Source: Akkermansia muciniphila (GTDB taxonomy: Bacteria > Bacillota > Clostridia > Oscillospirales > CAG-272). From it: DNA of 64,000 bases. The stretch spans positions 21,014 to 85,013 of the forward strand of contig CAVDSZ010000007.1 in assembly GCA_963611795.1 (NCBI GenBank), in the 5' to 3' direction. The position numbers were made by a program, and so were the translations under genes. Positions within the stretch are counted from its first letter, which is position 1. The number at the start of each line of letters is the position of its first letter. Shown in pieces: positions 1 through 9,096 of this stretch. The notes beneath the pieces were generated by a model, which saw nothing but the letters and a program-made list of their open reading frames with translations, made no database searches and was not told the DNA's origin.

Positions 1-1827
1 TTCGCGCTCGTGTTCCGTAAAGGAACGCCCCTCCGTGACGTTCCCGGGGAAAACGCCCTCGGTAGCGCCGAGCAGGTAGACATGCCTGACGTTGCCGGAG
101 CGCACGGTCGCGGCGTCCGCGACCGTGACTTCTTCGGTGCTTGCCGGGATTTGTCCGATCGTGACGGCGCGGAAGAGCAGTTTTAAGAGGTCGCTGAATT
201 CGGCGAGGTTCATCTCGGTGTCGCCCGCGAGCGTCGTCAGCGTGTCAAAGGTGTCACAGATGACGTCCCAGATACGCGCTGTATCCTCCGCGGCGGCGTT
301 GTCGCCTGCGAGCCGTTGTTCCTCGGCGCGTCGGTCGAGCGTCTCGGGCAGGTCGAGAGACAGCAGTAGTTCCGTCAGCGCACGGATACGCAGGGGCGTT
401 GCGCGGTCTTCGGAGAGTGTCGACGAGAGCGAGAGGAGCGGCGGGAGGTAGCGCCGCTTGGCATCGTTGATGCGCGCGAGCAGTCGTTCGTGATAGCGGG
501 CGCGCCCCTTGGTGTGGGCGGCGCCGTATCCGTCGGGCGACATCTTCCAGTCGGCGGTCGTGCGGAGATCCGCCCCCTCGAGATCCCACGTCTCGGTGTA
601 GAGGGCAATCGCGTCCGCGTCTTCCTGCGCCACGCCGGACAGCGGGCATTTCAGATAGGTGAGGACGTCTTCACGGCGCCAGCCGCCGACCACGATTGCG
701 ATTGCCGAAAGAATGAGTTTGACGGGCTCCAGCGTGAGGAGCGTATCGCGGGCGGAGAAGAAGTAGGGGATGCCGCACTTGCGGAGCGCGGCGTCAATCA
801 TATCGCGGTAGACGTTCGTCGCGCAGACGACGGTGCAGTCGCGGAAGCGTGCTTCCCCCGACGTCACACGGCGCAGAATATCGGAGGCGACAAAATCGGA
901 GGCTTCCATTGGGTCGAATGCTTCGACGAGACGCAGCGCATCTTCCGCGGCGCCGTCCCACGGCGCAAGCGTATCATAGTCTGCACGGAACAGGCGCGGC
1001 GCGACAAAGTCCAAAACCGCTGAGCGGCACCGCCGCCGCCCGGGGAGCGCGGTCTTGCGGACGGGGACCGACAGAGCATCGGCAAGGCGCGTCAGCCGCT
1101 CCCCCGTGTGCAGGGCATCCGCCGCCGAGATCTGCTTTTCTGCGTTTTCCGGCAGACACAGGGCAAGCGTTACATCCGTTTGCGCGAGCAGCGCCGAGAG
1201 GACGGCGTACTGCTGCTCCGTGAAACTGGAGAATCCGTCTATGTAGATTTCATAGCCGTCGAGCGGGCGGTAGCGCGTGAGCATTTCCGCGAGTCGGTCG
1301 AGCCGGTCGGCACTGCCTGTGTATGCCTCGCCGCGCAGATCACGGTAGGTGGCGGCGATGAGCGCGTAGTCGGCGAGTTTGTCTTTCAGTGCGGGGTCGG
1401 TGACGTTCCGTGCGGCGGCGTTCAGCATCGAGGCATCCAGCCGCGCGGCGCGGAGTTCCGACATAATCGCGCGCATGCGCTCGACCGTGCCGACGTTCGG
1501 GCGTTCCTTAACGGTTTTGAGGAGGGGGGCGAGTTCAACGAGCGTGCGCCACATGAGTACCTGCTCGGCGGCGGCGGTCGCCGTCGCTCCCGCGAGTCCC
1601 CCCGTCTGACGGAAAACCGTGTCGGTGAGACGCGTGAAGTTTGTGACTTCGAAGGTGAGAGGCGCGGACGGGGGGAGCTGCTCCGCCATCATGCGCTCGC
1701 ACGAGACAGTCTCCTGCTCGGGGACGATGAGAAAAATGCGGTGCCCTGCGGCAACACCGGCTTTGATTGCTTCGGCGATCTTCGTAGTTTTGCCGCTGCC
1801 GGCATCACCGAGAATGAGTGTCAGCAT
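1..1827 (-). CDS. addB: ATP-dependent helicase/nuclease subunit B (AddB/RexB), N-terminal 609 codons; ORF runs off the left edge
   Basis: Absent from the ORF track because it is open at the window edge. Manual minus-strand translation from ATG at 1825-1827 gives MLTLILGDAGSGKTTKIAEAIKAGVAAGHRIFLIVPEQETVSCERMM..., with Walker A GDAGSGKT at the extreme N-terminus as in AddB. No stop down to position 1. GGAGGTG lies upstream. Confidence 0.8.
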   Translation of the reverse strand, partial: MLTLILGDAGSGKTTKIAEAIKAGVAAGHRIFLIVPEQETVSCERMMAEQLPPSAPLTFEVTNFTRLTDTVFRQTGGLAGATATAAAEQVLMWRTLVELAPLLKTVKERPNVGTVERMRAIMSELRAARLDASMLNAAARNVTDPALKDKLADYALIAATYRDLRGEAYTGSADRLDRLAEMLTRYRPLDGYEIYIDGFSSFTEQQYAVLSALLAQTDVTLALCLPENAEKQISAADALHTGERLTRLADALSVPVRKTALPGRRRCRSAVLDFVAPRLFRADYDTLAPWDGAAEDALRLVEAFDPMEASDFVASDILRRVTSGEARFRDCTVVCATNVYRDMIDAALRKCGIPYFFSARDTLLTLEPVKLILSAIAIVVGGWRREDVLTYLKCPLSGVAQEDADAIALYTETWDLEGADLRTTADWKMSPDGYGAAHTKGRARYHERLLARINDAKRRYLPPLLSLSSTLSEDRATPLRIRALTELLLSLDLPETLDRRAEEQRLAGDNAAAEDTARIWDVICDTFDTLTTLAGDTEMNLAEFSDLLKLLFRAVTIGQIPASTEEVTVADAATVRSGNVRHVYLLGATEGVFPGNVTEGRSFTEHERE

Positions 1828-2408
1828 TTCGTTTCACCTCCCAGTCGGTATCCCCGCCCGCGCGAGGAGAATATGCGTTTTACGCCGTCTTTTTCAATCT
1901 TACGGCGCAGATAGTGAATATAAACTCCGACGATACCGGGCTCCTCCCCGTCGTCGCCCCACACCGCGGCGAGCAGCTCCTCACGCGTCAGATAGGTGCC
2001 ACGGGCGGCGTCGAGCGCGGCGAGCAGGGCGTATTCGGTCGCGGAGAGCGAGATTTCCTCCCGCCCGAGCCGTACCGCCCGCCGCTCCGGGATCAGTACG
2101 AGATCGTGCGCATCTACCTCATCAATCAGCCCGAAAAGCGCGAGCAGACGTGTGGGGCGGAAAGGACGATCCGCCCAGAGATACGGTGCGTCCGCGGGTC
2201 TTGTGCCGTGCCGCGCCGTGCAGAGCACCTCACCCGCGAGCCCCTCGGGCAGAGGACAGGTGTCGAGGTCGATGACATAGCGTGCTGCCTGCGGAATCGG
2301 TGCGTCACCCTCGGAGACGACCACGGAGGACAACCGCCGCCGCAGCGTCAGACGCAGAAACTGTGAAAACGCGGGATCCCGCGAAAGAATGCAGGCATCG
2401 TAGAACAC
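1821..2408 (-). CDS. OmpR/PhoB-type winged-helix DNA-binding regulator with a degenerate receiver-like N-terminal half
   Basis: 195-aa track ORF. The C-terminal half (LSATEYALLAALDAARGTYLTREELLAAVWG...VGVYIHYLRRKIEKDG...SSRGRGYRL) matches the trans_reg_C wHTH pattern. GTG start at 2408 is preceded by GGAGGT. Its stop overlaps the addB ATG (ATGCTGA, 1821-1827). Confidence 0.7.
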   Translation of the reverse strand: MFYDACILSRDPAFSQFLRLTLRRRLSSVVVSEGDAPIPQAARYVIDLDTCPLPEGLAGEVLCTARHGTRPADAPYLWADRPFRPTRLLALFGLIDEVDAHDLVLIPERRAVRLGREEISLSATEYALLAALDAARGTYLTREELLAAVWGDDGEEPGIVGVYIHYLRRKIEKDGVKRIFSSRGRGYRLGGETKC

Positions 2409-2592
2409 GGCGTTGACCTCCGGTGTGTTTTAATCTATTAGAATTCACTTCTATTTTACCGCACGTCATTGACTCTGTCAAGGCGGAAGGCGTCTCTATA
2501 TGTACGGTTTTGCGGACGTGATGACCGGCACGGGATTTCTGGTCGCCGGTGATCGGTTATGAGCCGGAATAAAGCGCAATCGGCTCCCTCTG

Positions 2593-2625
2593 GAAAAGAA
2601 AAAGCAGACCCGCGGCCGGGTCTGC
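2593..2625 (-). terminator. Rho-independent terminator after the Noc/ParB-like gene
   Basis: Hairpin gcagacccg-cggc-cgggtctgc (2604-2625), followed on the minus strand by a U-run (plus-strand A-run 2593-2603). Confidence 0.7.
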
Positions 2626-2641
2626 CAAAGACTTTTGGGCG

Positions 2642-3457
2642 TTAGGTATGCGGCTGTTTTTTGCGAATGAAAATCGTGAGCTCCACCCCGTCCTCCGTCT
2701 CTTTTTTTTCGCACCCTGTCTGCATTCCGGCACCGCGCATGATGTGCAGGGCGCGGTTGAGGGAATTGTAGAAAAGACGCAGGTCGGTAATGGAGCCTTT
2801 GACGCTTTTTCGTTTTGTCCCCGCCTCCCGCGCGAGCAATTCTTCAACATAATGCTCCGTTTGCGCGACATTGAGATTCTTTGCGATGACATGATTGAGC
2901 GCGGCGCGGCGACGCTTGGGGTCGGACAGGCGCAGGAGCGCCCGCGCGTGCCGCTCCGTGAGCCCGGCGGCGAGCAGATCCTGCTGCTCGTCCTCCGTGA
3001 GCCGCAGGAGCCGTAGCTTGTTTGCGATATAGGACTGCGAGACGGAGAGCCGCTCGCCCAGCTCCTCCTGCGTCACGCCGTACTGTTTCAGAAGCAGGGA
3101 AATCGCAGTCGCCTCCTCGAAGGGGGTGAGATCGCGCCGTTGAATGTTCTCGATGATCGCAAGCTCCGCGCTCTGCTCTGCCGAGATATGCAGGACGCGG
3201 CAGGGGACGCGTCCAAGCCCCGCGATGACCGCCGCCCGAAGACGCCTCTCGCCCGCAATCAGTTCATATAGGACGCCCGAGTCGCCGTAGCGGCGGCGGA
3301 CGGTCAGTGGTTGCAGGATGCCGTACCGACGGATGCTGTCCGCGAGTTGATACAGCTCGTCCTCCGGGAAGTCGCGGCGCGGCTGTGCCGGATTGGGCAG
3401 AATCAGGGCGGGGTCGATTTCTTCCTCCGCCGATTTTGTGGTGACTGTACATTCCAT
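2642..3457 (-). CDS. ParB-family protein, Noc (nucleoid occlusion)-like
   Basis: ParB box ILPNPAQPRRDF...LADSIRRYGILQPLTVRR...YELIAGERRLRAA, then HTH GVTQEELGERLSVSQSYIANKLRLLRL. The C-terminus DLRLFYNSLNRALHIMRGAG...EDGVELTIFIRKK resembles the Noc tail. I place the start at ATG 3457 (MECTVTT), with AGGAGGT upstream. The track ORF start at 3673 is an unsupported extension. Confidence 0.75.
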   Translation of the reverse strand: MECTVTTKSAEEEIDPALILPNPAQPRRDFPEDELYQLADSIRRYGILQPLTVRRRYGDSGVLYELIAGERRLRAAVIAGLGRVPCRVLHISAEQSAELAIIENIQRRDLTPFEEATAISLLLKQYGVTQEELGERLSVSQSYIANKLRLLRLTEDEQQDLLAAGLTERHARALLRLSDPKRRRAALNHVIAKNLNVAQTEHYVEELLAREAGTKRKSVKGSITDLRLFYNSLNRALHIMRGAGMQTGCEKKETEDGVELTIFIRKKQPHT

Positions 3458-3608
3458 CGTTCGTACCTCCTGTTCCCATGGTAGCATCCGCCCGAGGCGA
3501 AACAAGTCAAAAGAGGGGAGCCCGGCAGAATTTTTCCGGGAGGGTGTTTCATATACTGTGAGGACACCCTGTCGGGCGCCTGCCCGACCCCGGAGAAGGA
3601 GGAGCGAC

Positions 3609-5147
3609 ATGTCGGTACGCATGAGGGAATTTATCAAAAACGCGTGTTTCCTGTCGATTTCGGCACTGATCATGCGTACCGTCGCCGTTAGTTATAACGC
3701 CTATCTCGTGCGGACGATTGGCTCCGAGGGCATGGGGCTGTTCGCCTTGGTCGGGAGTCTCTACGGTTTTGCCGTCACTTTTGCCACCTCCGGCGTGCAG
3801 CTCGCGGTCACGCGTCTGGTTTCGGAGACGCTCGGCCGGGGGGAGCCGTCGAGTGCGCGCTCGGCTCTGCGTCACGCCGCACTGTATGCGCTTCTCTTCG
3901 GCGGAGTCGGGGGCGCAGTCCTCTTTTTCGGTGCGCCGCTCTTCGGCACGTATGTTCTGCGCGACGCGCGCACCATATTGTCTATCCGCTTGCAGGGGCT
4001 GACATTAATCCCCATTGCTCTGTGCGCCGTGATGAGCGGATATTTCACCGCGGTGCGAAGAGTTCTGGGCAACTCCCTGACGCAAATGGCAGAGCAGGGG
4101 CTGAGGATTCTCTTCACGGTGTACCTTCTGACATTGGCGCTCCCGCGCGGTATGACCTATACCTGCGCCGCCGTCGTCGGTGGTGCGGCGCTCGCACAGG
4201 TGCTGAGTACGGCGGCGCTCGCCCTGCAATACTTTTTCGATCGCCGCAGACACGTCCGCGGCGTCGGAGGAGAAACCAAAGGTATTCTGCCGCGTCTGCT
4301 GCACATCTCGCTCCCTATCGCGTTTTCCGCCTATATCCGATCGGGACTGATTACGGTCGAGCATCTGCTCATTCCGCGCGCGCTGGTGCGCGGGGGACGC
4401 ACCCCGGAGGAAGCGCTTTCCTCCTACGGCGTCCTTGACGGTATGGCGCTCCCGGTCGTGCTGTATCCCATGGCAATCCTCGCCTCGTTTGCAGGACTGC
4501 TTGTGCCGGTGTTCGCCGAGCATCGTGCCCGCGGGGAGCGGGCATCTATCGACCGCATCGCCACGCGGGCGCTCCACCTGACGACGGTGTTCGCCGTCGG
4601 CTGTACTGCGGTGCTCCTGGTTCTTGCCCGCGATTTCGGAATCGCCGTTTACCACAGCGAGGAGGCGGGCGACCTCATAAGGATGCTTGCCCCGGTGATT
4701 CCGCTCATGTTCCTCGACCATGTGACGGACTGCGTTCTGAAAGGGCTCGGTGAGCAGGTCTATACCATGTGGGTCAATATCGGCGACTCGCTCCTCAGCA
4801 TTATTCTGGTACTGCTGATTCTACCTTCACAGGGCGCTGTCGGCTACGTCTATGTCATTATTCTTGCGGAGGCGGCGAACTTCGCCTGCAGTCTCGCGCG
4901 GCTCTGCCGTGTTGCACATTTGCGTTATTCGCCCCTGCGCTCGCTCGTTTATCCCGCCGTCGCGGGGCTTATCGCTGCCGTGGGGGTGCGGGCAATCCTC
5001 CCAATCGACCCGGCGACGGTGCCGCTCCCGTGGCTTTTCGCCGAGGTAGTATTCATGCTCGCCGCCTATGCGGGGCTTCTCGCCCTCGCCGGGGCTTTGC
5101 GCCGGCTCTTCCACCGCCGTGACGATGCCGCCCTTGACATTCTCTAA
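3609..5147 (+). CDS. spoVB: Stage V sporulation protein B / MOP-superfamily (MurJ-like) flippase
   Basis: Multi-TM protein beginning MSVRMREFIKNACFLSISALIMRTVAVSYNAYLVRTIGSEGMGLFALVGSLYGFAVTFATSGVQLAVTRLVSE, typical of SpoVB. ATG 3609 follows AAGGAGGAG. The track start at 3393 is a spurious extension. Confidence 0.8.
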   Translation: MSVRMREFIKNACFLSISALIMRTVAVSYNAYLVRTIGSEGMGLFALVGSLYGFAVTFATSGVQLAVTRLVSETLGRGEPSSARSALRHAALYALLFGGVGGAVLFFGAPLFGTYVLRDARTILSIRLQGLTLIPIALCAVMSGYFTAVRRVLGNSLTQMAEQGLRILFTVYLLTLALPRGMTYTCAAVVGGAALAQVLSTAALALQYFFDRRRHVRGVGGETKGILPRLLHISLPIAFSAYIRSGLITVEHLLIPRALVRGGRTPEEALSSYGVLDGMALPVVLYPMAILASFAGLLVPVFAEHRARGERASIDRIATRALHLTTVFAVGCTAVLLVLARDFGIAVYHSEEAGDLIRMLAPVIPLMFLDHVTDCVLKGLGEQVYTMWVNIGDSLLSIILVLLILPSQGAVGYVYVIILAEAANFACSLARLCRVAHLRYSPLRSLVYPAVAGLIAAVGVRAILPIDPATVPLPWLFAEVVFMLAAYAGLLALAGALRRLFHRRDDAALDIL

Positions 5148-5162
5148 TCACAATGATATAAT
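5134..5162 (+). promoter_or_regulatory. Sigma-A-type promoter for the CNNM-CNNM-SLOG gene string
   Basis: TTGACA (5134-5139), 17 nt spacer, TATAAT (5157-5162). The -35 box lies inside the last codons of spoVB. A 6-bp perfect inverted repeat TATGCA-t-TGCATA sits at 5173-5185, just downstream. Confidence 0.6.
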
Positions 5163-5215
5163 TCTTTTTAACTATGCATTGCATAATCCATTTATAAAGG
5201 AGTGTGGTTTTTTTC

Positions 5216-6565
5216 ATGGACCCCAGTTGGTGGTTGCTGTTTGCGTATGTTCTCATGCTGACTTGCAGCGCGTTCTTTTCCGCGTCCGAAAATGCGATGG
5301 CGGCGTCGAATAAGATTCGGCTCCGTGCGTTTGCCGAGGAGGGAAAGCGAGGGGCAAAGACCGCCCTGCGCCTAACGGAAAAGTTTGACGAAACGCTGAC
5401 GACCATCCTCATCGGTAATAACATTGTCAATGTCGCCGGGGCTTCGATTGCCACCGTATTTTCGTTCCGTATGTTTTCGCGTGCGCTGAACGAAGGGCGC
5501 GTCGCCGAAGGAACGGTCACCATCATCGTCACCATTGTGACGACGGTGATTGTGTTCCTGTTCGGCGAGATGACACCGAAGAGTTTCGCCCTCGCATACG
5601 CTGATCGGTTTGCCTGCTTTTCGGCGCCGATTCTGCGCGTGCTTCAGTGGATTCTCCGCCCGCTCGTCTGGGTTTTTGGCGGGATCGGGGAACTGACACG
5701 TCGCCTGACCGGCGCGAAACCGGAGCCTACCGTGACGGAGGAGGAACTCTCCGCCATGTTCGAGGACGCAGAGGAGGCGGGGACACTTGACGAGGATCAG
5801 GAGGATTTGCTCCAGTCTGCGCTCGAGTTCTCCGAGACGACGGTCGCCGACGTCATCACCCTGCGTGACGATATCGTCGGAATCAAGCTCGGTGCCACCT
5901 ACGACACCATTATGGAAATTGCGGGAGAGAATAAACACTCGCGTTTCCCGGTCTATGAAAACGACCTTGATCATATCATTGGTGTTTTGCAGATTAAGAA
6001 CTATCTCAAAGCACACCTGCGGGGCGAGCGCCTGACGCTCAAGCAACTCTGCTCCGCGCCATTCTATACCACATTGGATGCCCCAATCCACGAACTGCTC
6101 GAAGAGATGAGCCGGGAAAAGGTCACGATGGCGGTTGTCCGCGACCCGGAAACGGGGCGCACGCTCGGACTTGTGACAATCGAGGACTTTCTCGAGGAAC
6201 TCGTCGGGGAGATTTACGACGAGGATGACGTCGTGAATGACCGTTTCATGAAACTGGGCGGCAACTATTTCCGCGTCAGCGCCGACTGTACCATGGGCGA
6301 GATGTTCCGTGATATGTCGTATAGCGGGAAAGTCAATATGAGCCGTGTCAAAACGGTCAACACCTGGGTCATGGAAAACCTCGGTCACGCGCCGGAGGTC
6401 GATGATACCTTCGTGTGGCGCGACCTGACTGTCACCGTGACGGACGTCACGGAGGACGGAAAACTCGCCTATGTCGAGGTCAAACTGGCGAATGAGCTGC
6501 TTGACAGCGTGACGGCGCCCAACCCCGTCCCCGATGAAGTGAAAGAAGGGGGTGACGCCGAATGA
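5216..6565 (+). CDS. CNNM/DUF21 + CBS pair + CorC_HlyC domain protein (hemolysin-family / Mg-Co efflux-like)
   Basis: The N-terminal TM domain carries SASENAM...LIGNNIVNV, followed by CBS-pair and CorC C-terminal patterns. ATG 5216 lies 13 nt after AAGGAG. The track GTG at 5204 is too close to the SD. Confidence 0.8.
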   Translation: MDPSWWLLFAYVLMLTCSAFFSASENAMAASNKIRLRAFAEEGKRGAKTALRLTEKFDETLTTILIGNNIVNVAGASIATVFSFRMFSRALNEGRVAEGTVTIIVTIVTTVIVFLFGEMTPKSFALAYADRFACFSAPILRVLQWILRPLVWVFGGIGELTRRLTGAKPEPTVTEEELSAMFEDAEEAGTLDEDQEDLLQSALEFSETTVADVITLRDDIVGIKLGATYDTIMEIAGENKHSRFPVYENDLDHIIGVLQIKNYLKAHLRGERLTLKQLCSAPFYTTLDAPIHELLEEMSREKVTMAVVRDPETGRTLGLVTIEDFLEELVGEIYDEDDVVNDRFMKLGGNYFRVSADCTMGEMFRDMSYSGKVNMSRVKTVNTWVMENLGHAPEVDDTFVWRDLTVTVTDVTEDGKLAYVEVKLANELLDSVTAPNPVPDEVKEGGDAE

Positions 6566-7851
6566 GTACGATAGCAACATTTGTTTTGATGCTGGTGGCG
6601 CTTTTGATGTCGGCGTTCTTCTCCTCGGTGGAAATGGCGTATACATCGCTCAATAAAATGCGTCTGGAAGCGCTTGCCGAGCGCGGCAGTCGCCGTGCGA
6701 AACTCGCGAAAAAGATTTCCGACCATTACGACATTACGATGTCGTCGCTTCTAATCGGGAATAACCTGGTCAACAACATGATTTCCGCCTTTGCGACCAT
6801 GCTGGCGGTCTCATGGGCGGCGAGGGGGACAATCGGTGCGGGGACGGCGACCACCGTGACGAGTATCATCGTCACAATCGTTATTTTGACTTTCGGCGAA
6901 ATCGTACCGAAAATTGTTGCCAAACAGCACGCAATCGGCTATGCTTGCCTCATGGCGTATCCGCTACGCCTGCTTTCGTGGCTCCTGTTCCCAGTTTCGT
7001 TCCTGGTGACGCGCGGCGTCAACGTTGTCCTCTCACGCCTGACAAAGAATCGGGAGGAAAACACCGTCACCGAGCAGGAACTCTCGGTGATGATTGACAC
7101 CGCCGAGGAAGAGGGGACCGTGGACGAGGATCAGGGCGAACTGCTCCACTCGGCGATGGACTATCAGGAGACGACGGTCGAGGATATTCTGGTGCCGCGG
7201 ATTCAGGTAGAGGGCATTGATATCGAGGACGCGCCGGAAGCGGTGCGTGAGACCTGCCTGACGACGGGCTTCTCGCGGCTCCCGGTGTATGAAGAATCGC
7301 TTGACCATATCCTCGGGATTCTGACGGTGAACCGCTATCTTATGGCGGCATCGGGGGATTCAAATCGGGTACCCGACCTCCGTGCGCTCATCAAACCGGC
7401 ACTTTATGTGCACAAAACGGCGAAACTGCCGAGCGTCCTCTCCATGATGCAGGAGAAACAGGTACATATCACGGTCGTCATAGACGAGTACGGCGGTACC
7501 ATGGGGATTGTGACCATGGAGGACATTCTCGAGCAGATCGTCGGCGACATCTGGGACGAGAACGACGAGGCGCCACCGGAGGAAATCCGGCCGCTCGCGG
7601 ATTACACGTATATTGTGGACGGCATGACGCCGATTGCAGATTTCTTCGAGGAGGTTGATATCGACGACCGCAACTTTGAGTCGGAGTATACGACGATGGG
7701 CGGTTGGGCGGTCGAGATGTTGGAGGAGGATCCCCATGTCGGCGACACCTTTACATGGGAGCGCCTGACGGTGACGGTGTTGGAAATACACGATCACCTG
7801 GTCGGGAGCCTGCGTGTCACCGTGACGCCGCCTGAGGAAGAAGAGGATTGA
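6562..7851 (+). CDS. Second CNNM/DUF21 + CBS + CorC_HlyC protein (tandem paralogue)
   Basis: Same architecture (SSVEMAYTSL...LIGNNLVNN..., CBS pair, CorC C-terminus). Its ATG overlaps the upstream stop (ATGA at 6562-6565). Confidence 0.8.
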   Translation: MSTIATFVLMLVALLMSAFFSSVEMAYTSLNKMRLEALAERGSRRAKLAKKISDHYDITMSSLLIGNNLVNNMISAFATMLAVSWAARGTIGAGTATTVTSIIVTIVILTFGEIVPKIVAKQHAIGYACLMAYPLRLLSWLLFPVSFLVTRGVNVVLSRLTKNREENTVTEQELSVMIDTAEEEGTVDEDQGELLHSAMDYQETTVEDILVPRIQVEGIDIEDAPEAVRETCLTTGFSRLPVYEESLDHILGILTVNRYLMAASGDSNRVPDLRALIKPALYVHKTAKLPSVLSMMQEKQVHITVVIDEYGGTMGIVTMEDILEQIVGDIWDENDEAPPEEIRPLADYTYIVDGMTPIADFFEEVDIDDRNFESEYTTMGGWAVEMLEEDPHVGDTFTWERLTVTVLEIHDHLVGSLRVTVTPPEEEED

Positions 7852-7854
7852 CAT

Positions 7855-8319
7855 TTGGAGAAAGTATGCGTATTCACCGGGCACCGCTTCGTGCCCGCAC
7901 AGGAGCGCGCGCGCCTGCAAAGGCGCCTCATCGACACGGTGGAATCGCTGTATGCTGACGGGTACCGTACCTTTTGTGCCGGCGGAGCGCTCGGCTTTGA
8001 CCGCATGGCGGCAGATACCGTCCTCGTGCTCAAACAGCGGTATTCCGACCTGCGGCTGCTCCTGATGGTGCCTTGCCGCGACCAGGCGGAACGCTGGCGG
8101 GCGGAGGATCGCGCGGTGTATGCGCGTCAACTCCGCGATGCAGATGAAGTACGGGTGTTGTCGGAGCATTACTATGACGGTTGTATGCGGGAGCGGAATC
8201 GGAGCATGATTGACCTCGCGGACTGCTGCGTCGCATACGTGACCTCTCCGCACAGCGGATCCGCCCAGACCATGCGCATGGCGCAGACGCGGCATATTCC
8301 GGTTTTGAACCTGGCGTGA
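7855..8319 (+). CDS. DUF1273 / SLOG-family protein (YpsA-like)
   Basis: VCVFTGHR...GYRTFCAGGALGFDRMAADTVL... matches the DUF1273 signature. TTG start lies 3 nt after the preceding stop, with GAAGAGGA upstream. Confidence 0.7.
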   Translation: MEKVCVFTGHRFVPAQERARLQRRLIDTVESLYADGYRTFCAGGALGFDRMAADTVLVLKQRYSDLRLLLMVPCRDQAERWRAEDRAVYARQLRDADEVRVLSEHYYDGCMRERNRSMIDLADCCVAYVTSPHSGSAQTMRMAQTRHIPVLNLA

Positions 8320-8337
8320 CCGATTATCACGCTGAAT

Positions 8338-8372
8338 TAAAGAAGCGACGGCTCTGCCGTCGCTTCTTTTTC
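8338..8372. terminator. Bidirectional rho-independent terminator between convergent genes
   Basis: 11-bp perfect stem agaagcgacgg / ccgtcgcttct (8341-8351 and 8357-8367), with T-runs on both strands. Confidence 0.8.
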
Positions 8373-8389
8373 GTTTCATTGTGGGTCGC

Positions 8390-8860
8390 TTATTCGTTGA
8401 TTCGACGCTGCAGATCGTTGAAGTCGGCTTCGCCGCGCGCCATTTTGGTGAGGACGTCGTTATAGTCGTCGACCGTCCCGACAAGGCAGTTGACAAGATA
8501 AATGATGACATCTTCCGAGAGCGTGCAGTTGCGGTAGGACTGTACGATGCGGAAAACGACCTGCCCGTCGCTCATGTCGTAGTCAAAGCAGCCGTTGACG
8601 ACACGCCAGTTGATGAGGGACGTGGCGACCGAGCCCATGGCGCGTTTGTCCTCACCGAACTTGGTCTCGAGGACAGAGTGCATACGGACGAGGTCACGTT
8701 CTGCGTCAATCTTAATGATGATTGGCATGGAGAGATCGTCACCGCGGAAGGAGGTGGTCATCGTCAGGTTGTCTTCATCTGTTTTGTAACGCCAACCTTT
8801 GCTGTCAAATGCCTTTGCAAGCAGTTTGAAATGTGCTTTAGCCGCTGCGGAATTGCTCAT
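8390..8860 (-). CDS. YbjN-domain protein (putative sensory-transduction / chaperone-like fold)
   Basis: 156-aa ORF. The pattern FKLLAKAFDSKGWRYKTDEDNLTMTTSFRGDDL...IIIKIDAERDLVRMHSVL resembles the YbjN family. AGGAGGA lies before the ATG. Confidence 0.6.
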   Translation of the reverse strand: MSNSAAAKAHFKLLAKAFDSKGWRYKTDEDNLTMTTSFRGDDLSMPIIIKIDAERDLVRMHSVLETKFGEDKRAMGSVATSLINWRVVNGCFDYDMSDGQVVFRIVQSYRNCTLSEDVIIYLVNCLVGTVDDYNDVLTKMARGEADFNDLQRRINE

Positions 8861-8955
8861 AAAAATCCTCCGTTATGTAAAGTGACGGGCGAAACGGTTT
8901 GCGGTATCGTATCCCCTCGAGGGCAGTGATGCTGCTGATAGCCCGCTATACTTGT

Positions 8956-8984
8956 ATTATCACACAAATGTCTACATTTGTCAA
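8956..8984 (-). promoter_or_regulatory. Promoter of the ybjN-like gene, with an embedded inverted-repeat operator candidate
   Basis: Minus strand reads TTGACA (8979-8984), 17 nt spacer, TGtGATAAT (-10 at 8956-8961). The spacer contains a perfect 8-bp inverted repeat ACAAATGT-ct-ACATTTGT (8964-8981). Confidence 0.6.
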
Positions 8985-9096
8985 GCGCAAGCGGTACCTT
9001 TTTTCACCATTTATAGCCCTTTTCGTGACTGAAAAGCGAAGCCGTGCATACAATGAAAAAGTGAATGACGGTTAGAGATGATTGGGAGGATTGCTT

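Noticed and set aside
1108-1914. 268-aa + strand ORF, and the other + and - ORFs listed in 92-2366
   Set aside because: The minus strand carries an uninterrupted AddB N-terminus with Walker A. The listed ORFs are nonsense-like and overlap it.
3458-3608. Sporulation-type (sigma-E/K) promoter for spoVB around CATATACT (about 3550)
   Set aside because: There is only a partial -10 resemblance and no convincing -35, so I cannot support the call from sequence alone.
5372-6646. 424-aa minus-strand ORF antisense to the first CNNM gene
   Set aside because: It is Arg/His/Gly-rich with no recognisable motif or RBS, and lies fully inside a well-supported + strand gene. This is a typical high-GC antisense open frame.
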